Shown here: piece by piece, positions 1 to 13,000 of the stretch
Layout: every line of letters begins with the position of its first letter
How positions within the stretch are numbered: the first letter of the stretch is position 1
DNA from: Eledone cirrhosa
Lineage: Eukaryota
Reading direction: 5' to 3'
DNA: 64,000 nt
Assembly (NCBI GenBank): GCA_964016885.1
Contig: OZ024742.1
Coordinates: 372,930,001-372,994,000, forward strand
Position numbers and translations under genes: made by a program
Notes under the pieces: model-generated
Databases searched by the model: none
The model's input: the letters and a program-made list of their open reading frames with translations, nothing else
What the model was told of the DNA's origin: nothing

Positions 1-3000
1 TATATAAACTGTAAATCTCATTCTATATAAACTGTAAATCTCATTCTATAAACTGTAAATCTCTTTCTGTATAAACTGTAAATCTCATTCTATATAAACT
101 GTAAATCTCTTTCTATATAAACTGTAAATTTCATTCTATAAACTGTAAATCTCATTCTATATAAACTGTAAATCTCATTCTATAAACTGTAAATCTCATT
201 CTATATGAACTGTAAATCTCTTTCTATATAACCTGTAAATCTCTTTCTATATAACCTGTAAATCTCTTTCTATATAAACTGTTAATCTCATGCTATAAAC
301 TGTAAATCTCATTCTATATAAACTGTAAATCTCTTTCTATATAACCTGTAAATCTCTTTCTATATAACCTGTAAATCTCTTTCTTCTTTCTATATAAACT
401 GTAAATCTCTTGCTATAGACTGTAAATCTCATTCTATATGAACTGTAAATCTCTTTCTATATAAACTGTAAATCTCATTCTATATAATCTGTAAATCTCA
501 TTCGATAAACTGTAAATCTGTTTTTATATAAACAGTAAATCTCATTCTATATAAACTGTAAATCTCATTCTATGAACTGTAAATCTCTTTCTATATAAAC
601 TGTAAATCTCATTCTGTATAAAATGTAAATCTCATTCTATAAACTGTAAATCTCTTTCTATATAAACTGTAAATCTCATTCTATATAAACTGTAAATCTC
701 TTTCTATATAAACTGTAAATTTCATTCTATATAAACTGTAAATCTCATTCTATATACTGTAAATCTCTTTCTATATAAACTGTAAATCTTATTCTATATA
801 AGCTGTAAATCTCATTCTATTAACTGTAAATCTCATTCTATATAAACTGTAAATCTCATTCTATATAAACTGTATATATCATTCTATAAACTGTAAATCT
901 CAGTCTATAAACTGTAAATCTCTTTCTATATAAACTGTAAATCTCTTTCTATATGAACTGTAAATCTCTTTCTATATAAACTGTAAATCTCATTCTATAT
1001 AAGCTGTAAATCTCATTCTATGAACTGTAAATCTCTTTCTATATAAACTGTAAATCTCATTCTATATAAACTGTAAATCTCATTCTATAAACTGTAAATC
1101 TCTTTCTATATAAACTGTAAATCTCATTCTATATAAACTGTAAATCTCTTTCTATATAAACTGTAAATTTCATTCTATAAACTGTAAATCTCTTTCTATA
1201 TAAACTGTAAATCTCATTCTATATAAACTGTAAATCTCTTTCTATATAAACTGTAAATCTCATTCTATATAAACTGTAAATCTCATTCTATAAACTGTAA
1301 ATCTCTTTCTATATAAACTGTAAATCTCATTCTATATAAGCTGTAAATCTCATTCTATTAACTGTAAATCTCTTTCTATATAAACTGTAAATCTCATTCT
1401 ATATAAACTCTATATATCATTCTATAAACTGTAAATCTCAGTCTATAAACTGTAAATCTCTTTCTATATAAACTGTAAATCTCTTTCTATATGAACTGTA
1501 AATCTCTTTCTATATAAACTGTAAATCTCATTCTATGTAAGCTGTAAATCTCATTCTATGAACTGGAAATCTCTTTCTATATAAACTGTAAATCTCATTC
1601 TATGTAAACTGTAAATCTCATTCTATATAAACTGTAAATCTCTTTCTATATGAACTGTAAATCTCTTTCTATATAAACTGTAAATCTCATTCTATGTAAG
1701 CTGTAAATCTCATTCTATGAACTGGAAATCTCTTTCTATATAAACTGTAAATCTCTTTCTATATAAACTGTAAATCTCATTCTATATAAACTGTAAATCC
1801 CATTCTATAAACTGTAAATCTCTTTCTATATAACCTGTAAATCTCTTTCTATAGAAACCGTAAATCTCATTCTATATAAACTCTGAATCTGATTCTATAT
1901 AAACTGTAACTCTCATTTTATATAAACTGTGAATCTCATTCTATATAAACTGTATATCTCATTCTATATAAACTGTAAATCTCATTCGATAAACTGTAAA
2001 TCTCTTTTTATATAAAATGTAAATCTCATTCTATAAACTGTAAATCTCTTTCTATATAAACTGTAAATCTCATTCTATATAAACTGTAAATCTCTTTCTA
2101 TATAAACTGTAAATCTCATGCTATAAACTGAAAATCTCATTCTATATAAACTGTAAATCTCTTTCTATATAAACTCTGAATCTGATTCTATATAAACTGT
2201 AACTCTCATTTCATATAAACTGCGAATCTCATTCTATATAAACTGTATATCTCATTCTATATAAACTGTAAATCTCATTCGATAAACTGTAAATCTCTTT
2301 TTATATAAACTGTAAATCTCATTCTATATAAACTGTAAATCTCATTCTATATAAAATGTAAATCTCATTCTATAAACTGTAAATCTCTTTCTATATAAAC
2401 TGTAAATCTCATTCTATATAAACTGTAAATCTCTTTCTATATAAACTGTAAATTTCATTCTATAAACTCTAAATCTCTTTCTATATAAACTGTAAATCTC
2501 ATTCTATATAAACTGTAAATCTCTTTCTATATAAACTGTAAATCTCATTCTATATAAACTGAATCTCATTCTATATAAACTGTAAATCTCTTTCTATATA
2601 AACTGTAAATCTCATTCTATATAAACTGTAAATCTCATTCTATATAAACTGTAAATCTCATTCTATAAACTGTAAATCTCTTTCTATATAAACTGTAAAT
2701 CTCATTCTATATAAGCTGTAAATCTCATTCTATTAACTGTAAATCTCATTCTATATAAACTGTAAATCTCATTCTATATAAACTGTATATATCATTCTAT
2801 GAACTGTAAATCTCAGTCTATAAACTGTAAATCTCAGTCTATAAACTGTAAATCTCTTTCTATATATACTGTAAATCTCTTTCTATATAAACTGTAAATT
2901 TCATTCTATAAACTCTAAATCTCTTTCTATATAAACTGTAAATCTCTTTCTATATAAACTGTAAGTCTCATTCTATATAAGCTGTAAATCTCATTCTATG

Positions 3001-6000
3001 AACTGTAAATCTCTTTCTATATAAACTGTAAATCTCATTCTATATGAACTGTAAATCTCATTCTATAAACTGTAAATCTCTTTCTATATAAACTGTAAAT
3101 CTCATTCTATATAAACTGTAAATCTCTTTCTATATAAACTGTAAATTTCATTCTATAAACTGTAAATCTCTTTCTATATAAACTGTAAATCTCATTCTAT
3201 ATAAACTGTAAATCTCTTTCTATATAAACTGTAAATCTCATTCTATATAAACTGTGAATCTCATTCTATATAAACTTTAAATCTCTTTCTATATGAAATG
3301 TAAATCTCATTCTATATAAACTGTAAATCTCATTCTATATAAACTGTAAATCTCATTCTATGAACTGTAAATCTCTTTCTATATAAACTGTAAATCTCAT
3401 TCTATATAAGCTGTAAATCTCATTCTATTAACTGTAAATCTCTTTCTATATAAACTGTAAATCTCATTCTATATAAACTGTATATATCATTCTATAAAGT
3501 GTAAATCTCAGTCTATAAACTTTAAATCTCTTTCTATATAAACTGTAAATCTCTTTCTATATGAACTGTAAATCTCTTTCTATATAAACTGTAAATCTCA
3601 TTCTATATAAGCTGTAAATCTCATTCTATGAACTGTAAATCTCTTTCTATATAAACTGTAAATCTCATTCTACATAAACTGTAAATCTCATTCTATAAAC
3701 TGTAAATCTCTTTCTATATAAACTGTAAATCTCATTCTATGAACTGTAAATCTCTTTCTATATAAACTGTAAATCTCATTCTATATAAACTGTAAATCTC
3801 ATTCTATAAACTGTAAATCTCTTTCTGTATAAACTGTAAATCTCATTCTATATAAACTGTAAATATCTTTCTATATAAACTGTAAATTTCATTCTATAAA
3901 CTGTAAATCTCATTCTATATAAACTGTAAATCTCATTCTATAAACTGTAAATCTCATTCTATATGAACTGTAAATCTCTTTCTATATAACCTGTAAATCT
4001 CTTTCTATATAACCTGTAAATCTCTTTCTATATAAACTGTTAATCTCATGCTATAAACTGTAAATCTCATTCTATATAAACTGTAAATCTCTTTCTATAT
4101 AACCTGTAAATCTCTTTCTATATAACCTGTAAATCTCTTTCTTCTTTCTATATAAACTGTAAATCTCTTGCTATAGACTGTAAATCTCATTCTATATGAA
4201 CTGTAAATCTCTTTCTATATAAACTGTAAATCTCATTCTATATAATCTGTAAATCTCATTCGATAAACTGTAAATCTCTTTTTATATAAACAGTAAATCT
4301 CATTCTATATAAACTGTAAATCTCATTCTATGAACTGTAAATCTCTTTCTATATAAACTGTAAATCTCATTCTGTATAAAATGTAAATCTCATTCTATAA
4401 ACTGTAAATCTCTTTCTATATAAACTGTAAATCTCATTCTATATAAACTGTAAATCTCTTTCTATATAAACTGTAAATTTCATTCTATAAACTGTAAATC
4501 TCTTTCTATATAAACTGTAAATCTCATTCTATATAAACTGTAAATCTCTTTCTATATGAACTGTAAATCTCATTCTATATAAACTGAATCTCATTCTATA
4601 TAAACTGTAAATCTCTTTCTATATAAACTGTAAATCTCATTCTATATAAACTGTAAATCTCATTCTATAAACTGTAAATCTCTTTCTATATAAACTGTAA
4701 ATCTCATTCTATATAAGCTGTAAATCTCATTCTATTAACTGTAAATCTCATTCTATATAAACTGTAAATCTCATTCTATATAAACTGTATATATCATTCT
4801 ATAAACTGTAAATCTCAGTCTATAAACTGTAAATCTCTTTCTATATAAACTGTAAATCTCATTCTATATAAGCTGTAAATCTCATTCTATGAACTGTAAA
4901 TCTCTTTCTATATAAACTGTAAATCTCATTCTATATAAACTGCAAATCTCATTCTATAAACTGTAAATCTCTTTCTATATAAACTGTAAATCTCATTCTA
5001 TATAAACTGTAAATCTCTTTCTATATAAACTGTAAATTTCATTCTATAAACTGTAAATCTCTTTCTATATAAACTGTAAATCTCATTCTATATAAACTGT
5101 AAATCTCTTTCTATATAAACTGTAAATCTCATTCTATATAAACTGTAAATCTCATTCTATAAACTGTAAATCTCTTTCTATATAAACTGTAAATCTCATT
5201 CTATATAAGCTGTAAATCTCATTCTATTAACTGTAAATCTCTTTCTATATAAACTGTAAATCTCATTCTATATAAACTCTATATATCATTCTATAAACTG
5301 TAAATCTCAGTCTATAAACTGTAAATCTCTTTCTATATAAACTGTAAATCTCTTTCTATATGAACTGTAAATCTCTTTCTATATAAACTGTAAATCTCAT
5401 TCTATGTAAGCTGTAAATCTCATTCTATGAACTGTAAATCTCATTCTATATAAACTGTAAATCTCTTTCTATATAAACTGTAAATCTCATTCTATATAAA
5501 CTGTAAATCTCTTTCTATATAAACTGTAAATCTCATTCTATATAAACTGTAAATCCCATTCTATAAACTGTAAATCTCTTTCTATATAACCTGTAAATCT
5601 CTTTCTATAGAAACTGTAAATCTCATGCTATAAACGGTAAATCTCATTCTATATAAACTGTAAATCTCATTCTATATAAACTCTGAATCTGATTCTATAT
5701 AAATTGTAACTCTCATTTTATATAAACTGTTAATCTCATTCTATATAAACTGTATATCTCATTCTATATAAACTGTAAATCTCATTCGATAAACTGTAAA
5801 TCTCTTTTTATATAAACTGTAAATCTCATTCTATATAAACTGAAAATCCCTTTCTATATAAAATGTAAATCTCATTCTATAAACTGTAAATCTCTTTCTA
5901 TATAAACTGTAAATCTCATTCTATATAAACTGTAAATCTCTTTCTATATAAACTGTAAATCTCATGCTATAAACTGAAAATCTCATTCTATATAAACTGT

Positions 6001-7500
6001 AAATCTCTTTCTATATAAACTCTGAATCTGATTCTATATAAACTCTAACTCTCATTTCATATAAACTGCGAATCTCATTCTATATAAACTGTATATCTCA
6101 TTCTATATAAACTGTAAATCTCATTCGATAAACTGTAAATCTCTTTTTATATAAACTGTAAATCTCATTCTATATAAACTGTAAATCTCATTCTATATAA
6201 AATGTAAATCTCATTCTATAAACTGTAAATCTCTTTCTATATAAACTGTAAATTTCATTCTATAAACTCTAAATTTCTTTCTATATAAACTGTAAATCTC
6301 ATTCTATATAAACTGTAAATCTCTTTCTATATAAACTGTAAATCTCATTCTATATAAACTGAATCTCATTCTATATAAACTGTAAATCTCTTTCTATATA
6401 AACTGTAAATCTCATTCTATATAAACTGTAAATCTCATTCTATATAAACTGTAAATCTCATTCTATAAACTGTAAATCTCTTTCTATATAAACTGTAAAT
6501 CTCATTCTATATAAGCTTTAAATCTCATTCTATTAACTGTAAATCTCATTCTATATAAACTGTAAATCTCATTCTATATAAACTGTATATATCATTCTAT
6601 AAACTGTAAATCTCAGTCTATAAACTGTAAATCTCAGTCTATAAACTGTAAATCTCTTTCTATATAAACTGTAAATCTCTTTCTATATAAACTGTAAATT
6701 TCATTCTATAAACTCTAAATCTCTTTCTATATAAACTGTAAATCTCATTCTATATAAACTGTAAATCTCTTTCTATATAAACTGTAAATCTCATTCTATA
6801 TAAGCTGTAAATCTCATTCTATGAACTGTAAATCTCTTTCTATATAAACTGTAAATCTCATTCTATATGAACTGTAAATCTCATTCTATAAACTGTAAAT
6901 CTCTTTCTATATAAACTGTAAATCTCATTCTATATAAACTGTAAATCTCTTTCTATATAAACTGTAAATTTCATTCTATAAACTGTAAATCTCTTTCTAT
7001 ATAAACTGTAAATCTCATTCTATATAAACTGTAAATCTCTTTCTATATAAACTGTAAATCTCATTCTATATAAACTGTGAATCTCATTCTATATAAACTG
7101 TAAATCTCTTTCTATATGAAATGTAAATCTCATTCTATATAAACTGTAAATCTCATTCTATATAAACTGTAAATCTCATTCTATAAACTGTAAATCTCTT
7201 TCTATACAAACTGTAAATCTCATTCTATATAAGCTGTAAATCTCATTCTATTAACTGTAAATCTCTTTCTATATAAACTGTAAATCTCATTCTATATAAA
7301 CTGTATATATCATTCTATAAAGTGTAAATCTCAGTCTATAAACTGTAAATCTCTTTCTATATAAACTGTAAATCTCTTTCTATATGAACTGTAAATCTCT
7401 TCCTATATAAACTGTAAATCTCATTCTATATAAGCTATAAATCTCATTCTATGAACTGTAAATCTCTTTCTATATAAACTGTAAATCTCATTCTACATAA
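1..7500. repeat. Diverged ~3.8-kb tandem duplication (higher-order repeat, 2 copies; boundaries approximate)
   Basis: Rare variants recur at offset 3758: CTGTAT (G 69/3827), TAGAC (416/4174), AACAG (G 535/4293), and a 7-bp TCTTTCT duplication (~378-391 and ~4136-4149). Later markers give offsets 3869 (AACTCTATATATC 1410/5279), 3846 (TGCG 2221/6067) and 3823 (AAAGTG 3499/7322). Confidence 0.88.
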
Positions 7501-10049
7501 ACTGTAAATCTCATTCTATAAACTGTAAATCTCTTTCTATATAAACTGTAAATCTCATTCTATATAAACTGTAAATCTCTTTCTATATAAACTGTAAATT
7601 TCATTCTATAAACTGTAAATCTCTTTCTATATAAACTGTAAATCTCATTCTATATAAACTGTAAATCTCATTCTATATAAACTGTAAATCTCATTCTATA
7701 AACTGTAAATCTCTTTCTATATAAACTGTAAATCTCTTTCTATATGAACTGTAAATTTCTTTCTATATAAACTGTAAATCTCATTCTATATAAGCTGTAA
7801 ATCTCATTCTATGAACTGTAAATATCTTTCTATATAAACTGTAAATCTCATTCTACATAAACCGTAAATCTCATTCTATAAACTGTAAATCTCTTTCTAT
7901 ATAAACTGTAAATCTCATTCTATATAAACTGTAAATCTCTTTCTATATAAACTGTAAATTTCATTCTATAAACTGTAAATCTCTTTCTATATAAACTGTA
8001 AATCTCATTCTATATAAGCTGTAAATCTCATTCTATTAACTGTAAATCTCTTTCTATATAAACTGTAAATCTCATTCTATATAAACTGTATATATCATTC
8101 TATAAACTGTAAATCTCAGTCTATAAACTGTAAATCTCTTTCTCTATAAACTGTAAATCTCTTTCTATATGAACTGTAAATCTCTTTCTATATAAACTGT
8201 AAATCTCATTCTATGTAAGCTGTAAATCTCATTCTATGAACTGTAAATCTCTTTCTATATAAAGTGTAAATCTCATTCTATATAAACTGTAAATCTCATT
8301 CTATGAACTGTAAATCTCTTTCTATATAAACTGTAAATCTCATTCTATATAAACTGTAAATCTCTTTCTATATAAACTGTAAAACTCATTCTATATAAAC
8401 TGTAAATCTCTTTCTATATAAACTGTAAATCTCATTCTATATAAACTCTAAATCTCATTCTATATAAACTGTAAATCTCATTCTATAAACTGTAAATATC
8501 TTTCTATATAAACTGTAAATCTCATTCTATATAAGCTGTAAATCTCATTCTATTAACTGTAAATCTCATTCTATATAAACTGTAAATCTCATTCTATATA
8601 AACTGTATATATCATTCTATAAACTGTAAATCTCAGTCTATAAACTGTAAATCTCTTTCTATATGAACTGTAAATCTCTTTCCATATGAACTGTAAATCT
8701 CTTTCTATATAAACTGTAAATCTCTTTCTATATAAGCTGTAAATCTCATTCTATGAAGTGTAAATCTCTTTCTATATAAACTGTAAATCTCATTCTATAT
8801 AAACTGTAAATCTCATTCTATAAACTGTAAATCTCTTTCCGTATAAACTGTAAATCTCATTCTATATAAACTGTAAATCTCTTTCTATATAAACTGTAAA
8901 TGTCATTCTATAAACTGTAAATCTCTTTCTATATAAACTGTAAATCTCATTCTATATAAACTGTAAATCTCTTTCAATATAAACTGTAAATCTCATTCTA
9001 TATAAACTGTGAATCTCATTCTATATAAACTGTAAATCTCTTTCTATATGAAATGTAAATCTCATTCTATATAAACTGTAAATCTCATTCTATATAAACT
9101 GTAAATCTCATTCTATAAACTGTAAATCTCTTTCTATATAAACTGTAAATCTCATTCTATATAAGCTGTAAATCTCATTCTATTAACTGTAAATCTCTTT
9201 CTATATAAACTGTAAATCTCATTCTATATAAACTGTATATATCATTCTATAAACTGTAAATCTCAGTCTATAAACTGTAAATCTCTTTCTATATAAACTG
9301 TAAATCTCTTTCTATATGAACTGTAAATCTCTTTCTATATAAACTGTAAATCTCATTCTATATAAGCTGTAAATCTCATTCTATGAACTGTAAATCTCTT
9401 TCTATATAAACTGTAAATCTCATTCTACATAAACTGTAAATCTCATTCTATAAACTGTAAATCTCTTTCTATATAAACTGTAAATCTCATTCTATATAAA
9501 CTGTAAATCTCTTTCTATATAAACTGTAAATTTCATTCTATAAACTGTAAATCTCTTTCTATATAAACTGTAAATCTCATTCTATATAAACTGTAAATCT
9601 CTTTCTATATAAACTGTAAATCTCATTCTATATAAACTGTGAATCTCATTCTATATAAACTGTAAATCTCTTTCTATATAAACTGTAAATCTCATTCTAT
9701 ATAAACTGTAAATCTCATTCTATATAAACTGTAAATCTCATTCTATAAACTGTAAATCTCTTTCTATATCAACTGTAAATCTCATTCTATATAAGCTGTA
9801 AATCTCATTCTATTAACTGTAAATCTCTTTCTATATAAACTGTAAATCTCATTCTATATAAACTGTATATATCATTCTATAAACTGTAAATCTCAGTCTA
9901 TAAACTGTAAATCTCTTTATATATAAACTGTAAATCTCCTTCTATATGAACTGTAAATCTCTTTCTATATAAACTGTAAATTTCATTCTATGTAAGCTGT
10001 AAATCTCATTCTATGAACTGTAAATCACTTTCTATATAAACTGTAAATC

Positions 10050-13000
10050 TCATTCTATATTAACTGTAAATCTCATTCTATGAACTGTAAATCTCTTTCT
10101 ATATAAGCTGTAAATCTCATTCTATATAAACTGTAAATCTATTTCTATATAAACTGTAAATCTCATTCTATATAAACTGTGAATCTCATTCTATATAAAC
10201 TGTAAATCTCTTTCTATATAAACTGTAAATCTCATTCTATGTAAACTGTAAATCTCATTCTATATAAACTGTAAATCTCTTTCTATATAAACTGTAAATC
10301 TCATTCTATATAAACTGTAAATCTCTTTCTATATAAACTGTAAATCTGATTCTATATAAACTGTAAATCCCATTCTATAAACTGTAAATCTCTTTCTATA
10401 TAACCTGTAAATCTCTTTCTATATAAACTGTAAATCTCATGCTATAAACTGTAAATATCATTCTATATAACCTGTAAATCTCTTTCCATATAAACTCTGA
10501 ATCTGATTCTATATAAACTGTAACTCTCATTTTATATAAACTGTGAATCTCATTCTATATAAACTGTATATCTCATTCTATATAAACTGTAAATTCTATT
10601 CGATAAACTGTAAATCTCTTTTTATATAAACTGTAAATATCTTTCTATCTAAACTGTAAATCTCATTCTACATAAACTGTAAATCTCTTTCTATATAAAC
10701 TGTAAATCTCATTCTATATAAACTGTCAATCTCATTCTATATAAACTGTAAATCTCTTTCTAAATAAACTGTAAATCTCATTCTATATAAACTGTGAATC
10801 TCATTCTATATAAACTGTAAATCTTATTCTATATAAACTGGAAATCTCTTTCTATAAACTGTAAATCTCATTCTATAAACTGTAAATCTCTTTCTATATA
10901 AACTGTAAATCTCATTCTATATAAACTATAAATCTCATTCTATAAACTGTAAATCTCTTTCTATATAAACTGTAAATCTCATTCTATATAAACTGTAAAT
11001 CTCTTTCTATATAAACTGTAAATCTCATTCTATAAAAACTGTAAATCTCATTCTATTTAAACTGTGAATCTCATTCTATATAAACTGTATATCTCATTCT
11101 ATATAAACTGTAAATCTCATTCGATAAACTGTAAATCTCTTTTTATATAAACTGTAAATCTCATTCTATGTAACCTGGAAATCTCTTTCTATAAACTGGT
11201 AATCTCATTCTATGAACTGTAAATCTCTTTCTATATAAACTGTAAATCTCATTCTATATAAACTGTAAATCTCATTCTATAAACTGTAAATCTCCTTCTA
11301 TATAAACTGTAAATCTCATTCTACATAAATTGTAAATCTCTTTCTATATAAACTGTAAATCTCATTCTATAAACTGTAAATCTCTTTCTATATAAACTGT
11401 AAATCTCATTCTACATAAATTGTAAATCTCTTTCTATATAAACTGTAAATCTCATTCTATATAAACTGTAAATCTCATTCTATATAAACTGTAAATCTCT
11501 TTCTAAATAAACTGTAAATCTCATTCTATATAAACTGTGTATCTCATTCTATATAAACTGTAAATCTCACTCTATATAAAATGTAAATCTCATTCGATAA
11601 ACTGTAAATCTCTTTTTATATAAACTGTAAATCTCATTCTATATAAACTGTAAATCTCATTCTATAAACTGTAAATCTCTTTCTATATAAACTGTAAATC
11701 TCATTCTATATAAACTGTAAATCTCATTCTATAAACTGTAAATCTCTTTCTATATAAACTGTGAATCTCATTCTATATAAACTGTATATCTCATTCTATA
11801 TAAACTGTAAATCTCAATCGATAAACTGTAAATCTCTTTTTATATAAACTGTAAATCTCTTTCTATATAAACTGTAAATCTCATTCTATATAAACTGTAA
11901 ATCTCATTCTATATAAACTGTAAATTTCATTCTATAAACTCTAAATCTCTTTCTATATAAACTGTAAATCTCATTCTATATAAACTGTAAATCTCTTTCT
12001 ATATAAACTATAAATCTCATTCTATATAAACTGAATCTCATTCTATATAAACTGTAAATCTCTTTCTATATAAACTGTAAATCTCATTCTATATAAACTG
12101 TAAATCTCATTCTATATAAACTGTAAATCTCATTCTATAAACTGTAAATCTCTTTCTATATAAACTGTAAATCTCATTCTATATAAGCTGTAAACCTCAT
12201 TCTATTAACTGTAAATCTCATTCTATATAAACTGTAAATCTCATTCTATATAAACTGTATATATCATTCTATAAACTGTAAATCTCAGTCTATAAACTGT
12301 AAATCTCTTTCTATATAAACTGTAAATCTCTTACTATGTGAACTGTATATCTCTTTCTATATAAACTGTAAATCTCATTCTATATAAGCTGTAAATCTCA
12401 TTCTATGAACTGTAAATCTCATTCTATATAAACTGTAAATCTCATTCTATGAACTGTAAATCTCTTTCTATATAAACTGTAAATCTCATTCTATATAAAC
12501 TGTAAATCTCTTTCTATATAAACTGTAAATTTCATTCTATAAACTGTAAATCTCTTTCTATATAAACTGTAAATCTCATTCTATATAAACTGTAAATCTC
12601 TTTCTATATAAACTGTAAATCTCATTCTATATAAACTGTGAATCTCATTCTATATAAACTGTAAATCTCTTTCTATATCAAATGTAAATCTCATTCTATA
12701 TAAACTGTAAATCTCATTCTATATAAACTGTAAATCTCATTCTATAAACTGTAAATCTCTTTCTATATAAACTGTAAATCTCATTCTATATAAGCTGTAA
12801 ATCTCATTCTATTAACTGTAAATCTCTTTCTATATAAACTGTAAATCTCATTCTATATAAACTGTATATATCATTCTATAAACTGTAAATCTCAGTCTAT
12901 AAACTGTAAATCTCTTTCTATATAAACTGTAAATCTCATTCTATAAACTGTAAATCTCTTTCTATATCAACTGTAAATCTCCTTCTATATAAGCTGTAAA

